Shown piece by piece: positions 1-7,252 of a stretch of DNA of 23,016 nucleotides. Within the stretch, counting starts at the first letter, position 1, and each line of letters begins with the position of its first letter. The DNA comes from a virus, in the IMG/VR virus record IMGVR_UViG_3300033066_002317; one strand, 5' to 3'. The position numbers were made by a program, and so were the translations under genes. The notes beneath the pieces were generated by a model. The model worked only from the letters and a program-made list of their open reading frames with translations, was not told where the DNA came from and searched no databases.

Positions 1-1
1 T

Positions 2-177
2 GACGATCGAGATCCAGAGGGGAAGTTCAAGGCCTTTGAGGACGCCCTCACGGAAGCGCTGCACGCGGTGGGTAGCACCCTGAATCGTCCCAGAACGCGC
101 GGCGACGGTGAAAATACGCACGTCCCTCGTCGATTTCAGGCGGCAGCTGATGAAGCACGGCTCGTGGGAGAGGCGTG
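2..177 (+). CDS. 3' end of a + strand CDS that enters from the left edge (…GKFKAFEDALTEALHAVGSTLNRPRTRGDGENTHVPRRFQAAADEARLVGEA*)
   Basis: Open frame from the window edge to TGA at 175-177. GC-rich third codon positions, as in the other genes here. Conflicts with the track's minus ORF 48..278, whose product is P/R/L-rich and looks like an antisense artefact. Confidence 0.35.
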
Positions 178-263
178 ACGTCGCAGTCGACAGCAACTTC
201 ATCGAGGCGGCACACAAGTTTGTGAAACGGTTTGCAGAGGAGCACACGGAGCGGTACAGGTAA
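150..263 (+). CDS. small helical ORF (MKHGSWERRDVAVDSNFIEAAHKFVKRFAEEHTERYR)
   Basis: ATG at 150, TAA at 261-263, GC3-rich, 37 aa. Below the ORF-track cutoff. Partly overlaps the previous CDS in another frame. Confidence 0.25.
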   Translation: MKHGSWERRDVAVDSNFIEAAHKFVKRFAEEHTERYR

Positions 264-270
264 GTCCCTC

Positions 271-347
271 AGTGACACACAGGGGGGGTTGATGTGACTT
301 GTATGGGTACCAACCCACCAAATCCACCAACCTCCCTGTGTGTCACT
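271..347. repeat. 14-bp perfect inverted repeat (AGTGACACACAGGG … CCCTGTGTGTCACT) with a 49-nt spacer in a convergent intergenic region
   Basis: Arms at 271-284 and 334-347. The spacer has G-run/C-rich partial complementarity. Lies between the + ORF ending at 263 and the − DUF1653 gene ending at 366. Candidate bidirectional terminator or structured element. Confidence 0.4.
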
Positions 348-365
348 CGTGGGTCGTAAATTACG

Positions 366-875
366 TCACGGGACTTTAGAGTGCCAGAAACTTTCGCTCC
401 CGCAGAATCGACAGCGAAACGACAAGTGCGACACGGTCTGCGAGCATTTTGCGCACTGTTTGTATCTTGGCGTTACCGCGGGTGTCTCTTTTAGCTGTGT
501 GGCCTCTTCTAGACGAGCGACGCGGTCCTCGAGTGCCTTGATGCGATCCGAACCCGCGTCTGTGGGACCGCACACACCGTATTTTTCGATGATTTCTTTG
601 CTGGCTGGCTGCGGGGTTAGTAATTCTCGGATCGCTGGTACGCTATCGGACGTCTCGAGAAGGAAACGTTTGTCGCGCTTCCCATTTGGCCATTCTACGA
701 GCTCTTCGAACTCGCGCTCCTTTCGGACCCAGAGGGTGTTGGCATTTGGGCGGCCCGCGCCGACTGCACGGTAGACGATAAGCGTCAACTCGGGATCATC
801 CGAAGAGCGTGCTCGGTGAAGGATCTCGTAGAGGGTACCCTTGAAGTGACGGTAGAAGAGGTCTTCTGTGACCAT
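366..875 (-). CDS. DUF1653-domain protein with C-terminal CxxC…CxxC zinc ribbon
   Basis: FYRHFKGTLYEILHRARSSDDPELTLIVYRAVG…LWVRKEREFEEL matches the DUF1653 signature (YRHYKGxLY…VVYQALYG…WVRPLxMF). ATG at 875 (MVTEDLF…) with a GGGAAAA SD-like stretch. The C-terminus has CAKC…CRFC. Confidence 0.8.
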   Translation of the reverse strand: MVTEDLFYRHFKGTLYEILHRARSSDDPELTLIVYRAVGAGRPNANTLWVRKEREFEELVEWPNGKRDKRFLLETSDSVPAIRELLTPQPASKEIIEKYGVCGPTDAGSDRIKALEDRVARLEEATQLKETPAVTPRYKQCAKCSQTVSHLSFRCRFCGSESFWHSKVP

Positions 876-883
876 TGTTTTCC

Positions 884-1336
884 CTATTTCTCGCACATGA
901 GTACAGTGCGAACGTATTGTTCATCTGTCAGATCACACGCAGTACACCCGAGGTGAAACTCGTCGTGGGCCGAACAGGACCTCGTGCGAAGGGCAGAGAT
1001 TCGAGCCTGTAGCTCTTTGATCTGCCTCCGACAATCGTCGATCGCCGCGTGTCTCTCTTCGCGTGTGCAGGGATGGGTCATGGTGTTTCTTCCTGATGCA
1101 AGCTCGTAATCACCGCCCTGAGCGCGGATCTGGCGCCTGAGGTCTGTGTTCTCCTCGTACGAGCGGAAGAGGAGGACACCCATGAGAAGCGTGCCGAGAG
1201 CAAAAGCGATCGCCGACACAAAGAAGACAAACATCATCTTCTTCAGGTCTGCGCGCGTCACTTCTCCTTCGGTACCGGCGGGTGTGCGCACAGGCACGTG
1301 TCCTTCTCTACGATCGCGGTGTTCGGCGGCGGACAT
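884..1336 (-). CDS. type-II membrane protein with a coiled-coil periplasmic domain and C-terminal Cys residues (i-spanin-like)
   Basis: ATG at 1336. TM segment MMFVFFVSAIAFALGTLLMGVLLF is followed by a heptad-like region (RRQIRAQ…RRQIKELQARISALRT) and 5 Cys. An alternative start at ATG 1237 (MMFVFF…) would remove the 79-nt overlap with the upstream gene. Confidence 0.5.
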   Translation of the reverse strand: MSAAEHRDRREGHVPVRTPAGTEGEVTRADLKKMMFVFFVSAIAFALGTLLMGVLLFRSYEENTDLRRQIRAQGGDYELASGRNTMTHPCTREERHAAIDDCRRQIKELQARISALRTRSCSAHDEFHLGCTACDLTDEQYVRTVLMCEK

Positions 1337-1491
1337 AGCTTGCGACAGGAGTTGAGGTCGTCGAGGTACGTCACATAACTTGCCGTCGTGAGCACCGCAA
1401 ACAGAGCAAATACGGCGACCCAGAAATATGTAACCTGAGTACGTTCAGACGCATTACTGCCAGCTGTGGGCAAATCCTCATGCGAGGGCAT
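1258..1491 (-). CDS. small single-TM protein with a Cys/Pro-rich C-terminal tail (holin- or membrane-anchor-like)
   Basis: ATG at 1491 overlaps the upstream stop (TAATG). TM FWVAVFALFAVLTTASYVTYL, then CRKLCPPP…CLCAHPP. The track's longer 1258..1527 version would start at GTG. Confidence 0.45.
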   Translation of the reverse strand: MPSHEDLPTAGSNASERTQVTYFWVAVFALFAVLTTASYVTYLDDLNSCRKLCPPPNTAIVEKDTCLCAHPPVPKEK

Positions 1492-2162
1492 TAAACTTTC
1501 TCCGTATCTGCTAGTGCCTCTGGACACCAGCTCGGCAGCGATCTATACACGACGGGACATCCGAGGTCCGTTGCGTGTTTGATTCCCAGTTCCATCCCTC
1601 GCGACGTTCCGAGGTCAGTGTAAACAACGGTCTTGCACCGCACTGCCTCGCGCCACGCGAATCCCGCTGCTATGCCATGAGCGCGCTCTGCGGGATCTGC
1701 GTCGCTGAGAACGCCAGGCTGAGTGTAAAGCGCGTGTGAGGCAAACGGTGCTTCTCCTCTCAGGAGACAGTCACGCTCGCGCAGTGAGGGTTTCTCGACT
1801 GGCTTCATTCTGATCCACCTATTGAGCTCTTCGAAATCGAGCTTAGCGTCCTCGAGCTCTTCCTCCAGTCGCTCGCACTCTTCCTCGAGGCGAAGCCTCT
1901 CGCCATTCGCAGTGAGATAATCTTGCTGCCAATTGTCCGCGCCCTGGGCCGTCGTGCTGAGATCGCGTTCGAGTCGGTTCACTCTGACGAGCTGTAGATT
2001 ATCAGGATCCCAGTTCCGCATGCGCCACAACTTCTTCGCGAGAGCCTTCCACGTCGCGGCCCTGCGAAGAAGTGTCTCCTGCTCGTCCTCCGCCCAAGCT
2101 CCCTCTGTCTCTAGGAGCGCGTCGAGATCGCTCAAATCAAAGTCTTTGTTCACGGTTTCCAT
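1491..2162 (-). CDS. hypothetical protein with an acidic coiled-coil N-terminal half and a C-terminal Rossmann-like segment
   Basis: ATG at 2162 (METVNKDF…). C-terminal TVVYTDLGTSRGMELGIKHATDLGCPVVY resembles the D-x-G-T-x-x-G-x-E-x-G…LG-x-PV motif of nucleoside 2-deoxyribosyltransferase-like/DUF4406 folds. That similarity is weak and by eye only. Confidence 0.6.
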   Translation of the reverse strand: METVNKDFDLSDLDALLETEGAWAEDEQETLLRRAATWKALAKKLWRMRNWDPDNLQLVRVNRLERDLSTTAQGADNWQQDYLTANGERLRLEEECERLEEELEDAKLDFEELNRWIRMKPVEKPSLRERDCLLRGEAPFASHALYTQPGVLSDADPAERAHGIAAGFAWREAVRCKTVVYTDLGTSRGMELGIKHATDLGCPVVYRSLPSWCPEALADTEKV

Positions 2163-2440
2163 CTCCGAGGTAGCGGTTGCGTCGCGCTCTGCCTAATCTT
2201 CTGCGTGTCTTTGACGTCTAACTGTCGCCCGCAGTGAACACACTTCACGTGCGTATCGACTGAACACGCCGAGAAATTCGTCTGTCCCCCGCACTCGCAG
2301 GCGAGGTCTTCCTTGCTACACATGCAGCCCGCGGGCTGGACCAATGTTACGACAGCGGTTTTCACGGGATGACATTCCCATAAATGTTCTGGGCCCTCGC
2401 GGCGAGGGCATCGAGCTGCTTGCGCAGGTCGTACACCCAC
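2150..2440 (-). CDS. small Cys-rich zinc-ribbon-like protein
   Basis: CMCSKEDLACECGG…CSVDTHVKCVHCG has CxC…CxxC spacing. The start is uncertain: GTG at 2440 gives a 79-nt out-of-frame overlap with the upstream gene. An internal ATG at 2323 would give a 57-aa product. Confidence 0.35.
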   Translation of the reverse strand: MGVRPAQAARCPRREGPEHLWECHPVKTAVVTLVQPAGCMCSKEDLACECGGQTNFSACSVDTHVKCVHCGRQLDVKDTQKIRQSATQPLPRRWKP

Positions 2441-2571
2441 TGTGCCTGTGCTCGCGCGGACTTTCGCGCTGCGATGAGTTCTTCGAACGCTGCAATGAGC
2501 ATGTGTGCCTCCGCCTGTCGCGCTGAACTCAGGAGACCGTTGAGCTCTTCGTCAGTGAGCAACTTTGACAT
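2362..2571 (-). CDS. small helical protein (69 aa)
   Basis: ATG at 2571 (MSKLLTDEELNGLL…). Amphipathic helices, no TM, no clear SD. Confidence 0.45.
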   Translation of the reverse strand: MSKLLTDEELNGLLSSARQAEAHMLIAAFEELIAARKSARAQAQWVYDLRKQLDALAARAQNIYGNVIP

Positions 2572-2595
2572 GCAGAAATTATCTGCTTCGTCACA

Positions 2596-2892
2596 TCAGT
2601 GTACAAGCGTCGGGTCGCAGTGCGGGTGCCCGCCCACTCTCACGACGATGCCGCGGCGCCCATCGAGCGTCAGGCACGGTTCGCCGGGAAGCGCGTCGCA
2701 CGGGAACGTGAGAAGCGGGCGCGGTCCCGGCCTCTCGGGGAGCGTCCCATCGTGACACTGCAGGGGTTCGGGCCGCGATTCGACAGCGGGCGCGAGATGC
2801 TTCTTTTCGGGAGCTGGGAGGATGTCGGGGCGCTCTGCACATCCAGAGACACAACAAAGACAAACGATCGCAAGGGACACAAGCTTCTTCAC
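2596..2892 (-). CDS. secreted lipoprotein with a Pro-rich mature region
   Basis: N-terminus MKKLVSLAIVCLCCVSGC AERPD is a signal peptide plus lipobox (VSGC). GTG start at 2892 with GAGGTG 5 nt upstream. The mature part (PAPEKKHLAPAVESRPEPL…ERPGPRPLL) is Pro-rich like o-spanins or superinfection-exclusion lipoproteins. Confidence 0.7.
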   Translation of the reverse strand: MKKLVSLAIVCLCCVSGCAERPDILPAPEKKHLAPAVESRPEPLQCHDGTLPERPGPRPLLTFPCDALPGEPCLTLDGRRGIVVRVGGHPHCDPTLVH

Positions 2893-2895
2893 ATT

Positions 2896-3096
2896 TCACC
2901 TCACGACGGTAAAACCCTCTAGCTCGTCTGCTGTGCGAACGAACTCTTTGCGAGTTTCGTTGAGATCGTTCCAGAATATCTGAAATCGATTGTCAGCATA
3001 TTCGATCGGCTCTGCGTGACGAGTCGCGACACCCATCCACGCAAATCGCTGACTCACGATCAGATCACCGATGTGAAGGAATTTGTCGCGCGTCAT
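2896..3096 (-). CDS. small β-barrel paralog 1 (xHIGDLIV family, 66 aa)
   Basis: MTRDKFLHIGDLIVSQ…GVATR…FQIFWNDL…TVVR. ATG at 3096 overlaps the upstream stop (ATGA). Member of the tandem family sharing [RH][VIF]GDL[VI]…G[VI][VI]T…[FY]W…[RY][IL][VI]R. Confidence 0.7.
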   Translation of the reverse strand: MTRDKFLHIGDLIVSQRFAWMGVATRHAEPIEYADNRFQIFWNDLNETRKEFVRTADELEGFTVVR

Positions 3097-3287
3097 CGAA
3101 CGATCCTGTAGATTTCGCTGAAGCCCTGATCGACAGTGTTAGTCTCAATCCGCATCAAATCTATCCAGAATATATCACACTTTGCGCCCTGTTCTAGAAC
3201 AGTAGTTGTCAGCGCGGCGCCTATGAAAGCACCGACGTGACTGTGAATGCACAGGTCACCCACGCGGATAATTTCGCCCGCCCTCAT
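3093..3287 (-). CDS. small β-barrel paralog 2 (64 aa)
   Basis: MRAGEIIRVGDLCIHSHV…CDIFWIDL…YRIVR. ATGA overlap at both ends. Confidence 0.7.
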   Translation of the reverse strand: MRAGEIIRVGDLCIHSHVGAFIGAALTTTVLEQGAKCDIFWIDLMRIETNTVDQGFSEIYRIVR

Positions 3288-3499
3288 CTGACGATCCTAT
3301 AGTTTTTGAGGACGTCGCAATTGAACAATCCCTCTTCAGCTCTCATAGAATCTGACCAAAATATGTCACACGCCGCCGGTGTTAGACGATCTCGCGCGCC
3401 GGGCCTCAATACGACAGTGTCAAGCGCGATGCCGATATATCGCGCGACATGGTGAGAGATGCAAAGATCGCCCACGCGAATGATTACGCTCGCTTTCAT
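3284..3499 (-). CDS. small β-barrel paralog 3 (71 aa from ATG 3499; the track's TTG start at 3511 is less likely)
   Basis: MKASVIIRVGDLCISHHV…CDIFWSDS…YRIVR. ATG 3499 overlaps the upstream TGA (ATGA). Closest relative of paralog 2 (RVGDLCI, CDIFW, YRIVR identical). Confidence 0.7.
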   Translation of the reverse strand: MKASVIIRVGDLCISHHVARYIGIALDTVVLRPGARDRLTPAACDIFWSDSMRAEEGLFNCDVLKNYRIVR

Positions 3500-3714
3500 C
3501 GCGTGAGCCAATTGACAGCACCGCCAGTCACGAGCTCAAATGCTTGTTCGAGTAAGTTGTTGTTTTCTCGATCTGCCCACATCGCAAAGGTTCTGTCTTC
3601 CACTCGACGTGTCACGACACCGAGTTCAATCATTGTCCTCGAGCGCAGGCGCCAGCGAAATTCGACGAGGTCCCCCACGCGACATGCTTCAGTTGATGTA
3701 GGGATCGCAGTCAC
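3496..3714 (-). CDS. small β-barrel paralog 4 (72 aa)
   Basis: MTAIPTSTEACRVGDLVEF…GVVTRRVEDRTFAMWAD. GTG start at 3714 with GTGAGGT SD. Confidence 0.65.
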   Translation of the reverse strand: MTAIPTSTEACRVGDLVEFRWRLRSRTMIELGVVTRRVEDRTFAMWADRENNNLLEQAFELVTGGAVNWLTR

Positions 3715-3715
3715 G

Positions 3716-3913
3716 TTACCTCACTCGTAAGTAGATAGCAGGAAGAGTCCACCACCACGAAGGGAGCTCACCGGTGCCGTCAGCCCAGAAAATGTCAAAG
3801 TAGGCTTCACCATCAGAGCGTGTTGGGCCGCTTCTGGTGACGACTCCGATCAACGATGATCGCTTCCGATGTACCAGCAGATCACCCAGGCGCATGTCAT
3901 CGTGATCACTCAT
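3716..3913 (-). CDS. small β-barrel paralog 5 (65 aa)
   Basis: MSDHDDMRLGDLLVHR…IGVVTR…YFDIFWADGTGE…YLRVR. ATGA overlap with upstream gene. Confidence 0.7.
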   Translation of the reverse strand: MSDHDDMRLGDLLVHRKRSSLIGVVTRSGPTRSDGEAYFDIFWADGTGELPSWWWTLPAIYLRVR

Positions 3914-4182
3914 CGCTCGAGCACCCTGATGTGCGGATTGTCGAGGGGTTCAAATTCGGTGTGAAATCCCTCCGAACCGTAAACACAAAAATACGATGGC
4001 ACAGCGTCGTAAGCGTCAATTCGTTCCTGATACGACACAGACTTCGTAATGACACCGATAGCCGCGATGGCATTGCTCTCTAGGGAGGGAATGAGGCAGA
4101 TCAGGTCGCCCACCCTGTGATTCAGAAACTTGTGAGGAGCGGTTACGCGACCCACTACACGATGAGTTGTGATTTCGATCAT
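3910..4182 (-). CDS. small β-barrel paralog 6 (90 aa, N-terminally extended)
   Basis: …NHRVGDLICLIP…IGVITK…YFCVYGSEG…IRVLER. ATGA overlaps at both ends. Confidence 0.65.
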   Translation of the reverse strand: MIEITTHRVVGRVTAPHKFLNHRVGDLICLIPSLESNAIAAIGVITKSVSYQERIDAYDAVPSYFCVYGSEGFHTEFEPLDNPHIRVLER

Positions 4183-4400
4183 CGCGCGATCAATTTGATC
4201 GAATTGTTCCGGTGCGGCTGGAACTGGGTTTCTTGGCCCGTGTTGCTACTTCCTATTTGACAATTCCACACGCAGAAAGAATACTCGGCTGCCCATTCCG
4301 CTTCGTGTAACGTGACCAATTTTGTGATGACGCCGACGGGACTGTGTGGAGGATTCATCACGATGAGATCGCCGACCCTGTAGTCAAGGATAGAACTCAC
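4179..4400 (-). CDS. small β-barrel paralog 7 (73 aa from GTG 4400; the track's 4505 start is probably too far upstream)
   Basis: MSSILDYRVGDLIVMNPPHSPVGVITKL…SFCVWN…IKLIAR. GTG 4400 has AAGGAG 6 nt upstream and overlaps the stop of the preceding small ORF (GTGA). Confidence 0.6.
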   Translation of the reverse strand: MSSILDYRVGDLIVMNPPHSPVGVITKLVTLHEAEWAAEYSFCVWNCQIGSSNTGQETQFQPHRNNSIKLIAR

Positions 4401-4561
4401 TCGCGCTCCTTGTACCACATATAGATCACAGCAATGACTACAGCGGGCCACAGCAAGATCGTGAACATAGTGTCGTCCCACCGCACAGGGTTGTTGTCCG
4501 TCCACGCGACCACAACGCCGACGAGGAAGTAAGTCGCGTAGAGCGCGTAGAAGAGTGTCAC
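4397..4561 (-). CDS. small two-TM membrane protein (54 aa), missing from the ORF track
   Basis: Translation by hand: MTLFYALYATYFLVGVVVAWTDNNPVRWDDTMFTILLWPAVVIAVIYMWYKERE. The GTG start overlaps the DUF4031 stop (GTGA). Its stop overlaps the paralog-7 GTG (GTGA). Confidence 0.5.
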   Translation of the reverse strand: MTLFYALYATYFLVGVVVAWTDNNPVRWDDTMFTILLWPAVVIAVIYMWYKERE

Positions 4562-4995
4562 TGTGTCGCCTCGACTTTCTCGATCAGTTCAAACGCTCGT
4601 GCTGCAGCACACGAGTACGGGACGGGGTGTTCGTCGCCCAAGTGCCCGCACTGTCCGATATCGGCTATGCTACAGCGAGCGCGAAATGGGCACACGGTGT
4701 GAGCTGGGATTCGACCGTCCGCTAGACGCGGTAGACTCAGCACGCGTCGCTGCCGAATTTCGGCCCGTGCGGTTGTTTCCGCTGCACCGAGCTTCACTGC
4801 AGCTCTTCTGCGTGCAGGTGTGAGATCGTAGTGATTCGCGACGCGGTGCGACTGAAACCACTCGCGCTTCATCCCGAGCCTCGCCGCGAACTCGTGAAGC
4901 TCCTCGTCGCTGTCGGCAAATAGGTGACACGACCCGCGAGAAAAAATCCCGCGCGCACCTGGGTAAATTCGCAGCTCGTCGACCCTGACTGCCAT
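4558..4995 (-). CDS. DUF4031-domain protein with a Cys-rich C-terminal extension
   Basis: MAVRVDELRIYPGARGIFSRGSCHLFADSDEELHEFAARLGMKREWFQSHRVANHYDLTPARRRAAVKLGA matches the DUF4031 signature (YVDD…W…HL.AD..DELH.FA..LGL.R.WFQ…HYD..P.KR..A…GA). First gene of the leftward operon. ATG at 4995. Confidence 0.8.
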   Translation of the reverse strand: MAVRVDELRIYPGARGIFSRGSCHLFADSDEELHEFAARLGMKREWFQSHRVANHYDLTPARRRAAVKLGAAETTARAEIRQRRVLSLPRLADGRIPAHTVCPFRARCSIADIGQCGHLGDEHPVPYSCAAARAFELIEKVEATQ

Positions 4996-5057
4996 CTGAC
5001 GATGGTATCACACAGGGACAAAATGTACACTCGTCACGTACGGTGAAGAATTGCGAC

Positions 5058-5471
5058 ATGCCCCTGTACCCTCTGCTGGCTGTATACGTCCTGATGTGTT
5101 TCGTCGTCTTCGGCAAGGCCGTGTATGAGACGTTTGTACCGTGGCGATACGGATTCAAATTGGACGAGAGCACTCCTTATGATGGTGTATTGGCGCTCGC
5201 GTGCGTCATTGTTTACGCCGCGATCTGGCCAGTTACGCTTGTGGTGCTCATCGCAAACGGTGCTGCGAACTGGTGGGCTCGACACAAGCGATCTGATGAT
5301 AGGTTGACAGAACTGGAGCGCTTTCGTATCGAGGCGCGGGTGGCGTCGGGCTGCTCGCTTGGTGCCACTGACGGAGAGGTGCTCGTGGCGATCAAGCGTG
5401 CTATGTGTGGCGAGGACGCAAGAGCGATCGCTGAAATTAGGAAGGCCATGAGCAAGGAGAACATGTCGTGA
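5058..5471 (+). CDS. small membrane protein (two TM helices plus a soluble C-terminal tail)
   Basis: MPLYPLLAVYVLMCFVVFG… and VLALACVIVYAAIWPVTLVVLIANGAANWW. ATG at 5058, with an alternative GTG at 5043. The stop overlaps the next start (GTGA). Confidence 0.55.
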   Translation: MPLYPLLAVYVLMCFVVFGKAVYETFVPWRYGFKLDESTPYDGVLALACVIVYAAIWPVTLVVLIANGAANWWARHKRSDDRLTELERFRIEARVASGCSLGATDGEVLVAIKRAMCGEDARAIAEIRKAMSKENMS

Positions 5472-6253
5472 AGCTGCGCTGCGTTTCTGACCTTCACCAC
5501 GAGTTCTACGGAGTTCACCAGAGTGCCTGGGAGGCTACTGCACAGGCTGTCGCGGGGGACGATGAGTACGACGTGCTCGTTGTAGCGGGCGATGTCTCAA
5601 ATTTCTCCGGGATGCGTGCCGCGCTCACGTCACTGTGCCGCGCTGCCGTGGGTCGCCCTGTCGTCTACGTCCCCGGGAACCACGAGGCGTATGGCTCATC
5701 CATTCCCGCGATGTACGAGCGCGCTCACATGATCGCGGCGGAGTCATGGGCACAAAACCTTCACGTGCTCACAAGCAAGGCTGTCAACATTGTAGCCGGC
5801 GGCGAGGCTCGCAAGTTTGTCGGGACCACGTTGTGGTACAAGCTCACACCCGTGCTCGAGGTGCTTGGCAAGCGCGGGATGGGCGATTTCGCGTACATCA
5901 CCTCAGAGACGAGCGTAGGGTGGGACATTGACAACGAGGCTCGCGAGGCAGAGAAGTTCCTGCGAGCAGAGGTCGAGCCTGGGTGCGTTGTTGTGACACA
6001 CTTCATGCCACACCCGCGGTCGATCCACCCGATGTACGCGAACTCGGGCATCAATGGATTCTTCCTGCACGATGTTAGTGACATTGTCGAGCGCGGTGGT
6101 GCCGCTGCGTGGATTCACGGTCACACTCACTCGTCTTTCGACTACGTTGTCGGATCTACGCGCGTCGTCTGTAACCCACACGGGTACATTACGGCGCCGA
6201 TGCCGAATGAACCCAACAGTGATTTCGAGGACAGGTTGACTGTCGTCGTGTGA
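5468..6253 (+). CDS. calcineurin-like metallophosphoesterase
   Basis: All the family's metal-binding motifs are present: SDLHHE, VVAGDVSN, VPGNHE and GHTHSS. GTG start with AAGGAG 10 nt upstream. Confidence 0.85.
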   Translation: MKLRCVSDLHHEFYGVHQSAWEATAQAVAGDDEYDVLVVAGDVSNFSGMRAALTSLCRAAVGRPVVYVPGNHEAYGSSIPAMYERAHMIAAESWAQNLHVLTSKAVNIVAGGEARKFVGTTLWYKLTPVLEVLGKRGMGDFAYITSETSVGWDIDNEAREAEKFLRAEVEPGCVVVTHFMPHPRSIHPMYANSGINGFFLHDVSDIVERGGAAAWIHGHTHSSFDYVVGSTRVVCNPHGYITAPMPNEPNSDFEDRLTVVV

Positions 6254-6274
6254 TACGTGTCTGTAGTGTCATCT

Positions 6275-6286
6275 GTGTGGTATAAC
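6275..6286 (+). promoter_or_regulatory. recurrent phage promoter-like motif, copy upstream of HNH (GTGTGGTATAAC)
   Basis: Intergenic, 10 nt before ATG 6297. Shares GTGTGGT with the copies at 14088 and 14973. Confidence 0.4.
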
Positions 6287-6296
6287 GGTGGAACAA

Positions 6297-7043
6297 ATGT
6301 CGTACGAGGGCGACGAGCGTCGCGATCTGAAACTTCCTGGTGCTTACGTGAGGTTGTGGGAACTCGTTGCCGACCGCGATACGATCCTTGACTACCTCGA
6401 GCACGCGCAGGCAGGGCGCTTCTTTGGCCGCGCTGGGCAGTTGTATCATGTTAACGCGCTGAAGAAGCGCGTTCAGGTGCTGATGCGTGACAGAGCGATC
6501 TGCGTTTCCTGTGGCGTCGAGGGTCGAGTGCTTGCTGTTGAACTTCAGAGGACACACGCCTACACCAAGACGGGAAAGAGAATTCCTGCTGTGGACAGCG
6601 ATGGCACGTTCTTGCACAACGGTGAGCGCGTCCGCCGCACACACTTCAACATCTACGCGATCGTCGGGGGAAGGGAAGTGATGCTCACAGTCGATCACAT
6701 CACACCTAAATCTCTGGGTGGCAGCAGTGATGCTGGGAATCTCGTGTGCATGTGCCAGCCATGTAACGTGAAGAAGTCAAACATCGTAGTCGCAGTCGAA
6801 GAAAAATCGGAGGAACGCGTGAGCGATTTCATTACTGACCTTCTCGGTACGCAGTGCAACCTCGGGAGCCAAGTGCACGTCATCCGTGGTATGAGGACAG
6901 TCGATGGCAAGCTCACTGCGCTCATCGAGGACGTGTGTGACGGGTCGCTCACCGAGGTCGAGATCACGAAGCTGAAGATGCAACAGCGCGACGATTTCCC
7001 GAGGCTCCGCGAGGCTCCGGGGAGGATCGGGTCGGAGTCGTGA
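6297..7043 (+). CDS. HNH endonuclease
   Basis: C-terminal VDHITPKSLGGSSDAGNLVCMCQPCNVKKSN is the H-N-H ββα-Me/zinc motif. ATG at 6297, with an alternative GTG at 6288. Preceded by the GTGTGGTATAAC promoter-like motif. Confidence 0.85.
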   Translation: MSYEGDERRDLKLPGAYVRLWELVADRDTILDYLEHAQAGRFFGRAGQLYHVNALKKRVQVLMRDRAICVSCGVEGRVLAVELQRTHAYTKTGKRIPAVDSDGTFLHNGERVRRTHFNIYAIVGGREVMLTVDHITPKSLGGSSDAGNLVCMCQPCNVKKSNIVVAVEEKSEERVSDFITDLLGTQCNLGSQVHVIRGMRTVDGKLTALIEDVCDGSLTEVEITKLKMQQRDDFPRLREAPGRIGSES

Positions 7044-7252
7044 CACCCGCAGACTGCGAGTTCTATGCCCGCGCGGGCTCGTCACTTCCGATCCTGTTCA
7101 TCGTCGTATTCGCCATCGTGTTCGCGTTTGCTGCTATCAAGGCGAAGTGCTCTGTTGTGCTCGCGCTCGGGATTGCGGCGGTAATGTCATCGGGTTCGTG
7201 TGCGATCTGGGCTGAGGCACTCATCGAGAGGACGGAGGCGTGTGAGCCATGA
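7040..7252 (+). CDS. small hydrophobic membrane protein (70 aa)
   Basis: LPILFIVVFAIVFAFAAI and VVLALGIAAVMSSG. The GTG start overlaps the HNH stop (GTGA). Its stop overlaps the next ATG (ATGA). Confidence 0.5.
   Translation: MTPADCEFYARAGSSLPILFIVVFAIVFAFAAIKAKCSVVLALGIAAVMSSGSCAIWAEALIERTEACEP

Noticed and set aside
340-774. Plus-strand ORFs 340..774 and minus 376..573 over the DUF1653 gene
   Set aside because: They are antisense or alternate frames of a gene with a clear DUF1653 signature. Composition is S/R-rich.
4563-5285. ORFs 4563..4823 (+), 4670..5173 (-) and 5034..5285 (-)
   Set aside because: They overlap the DUF4031 gene or the first plus-strand membrane gene in other frames. 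They have no signals or motifs and Arg/Ser-rich products.
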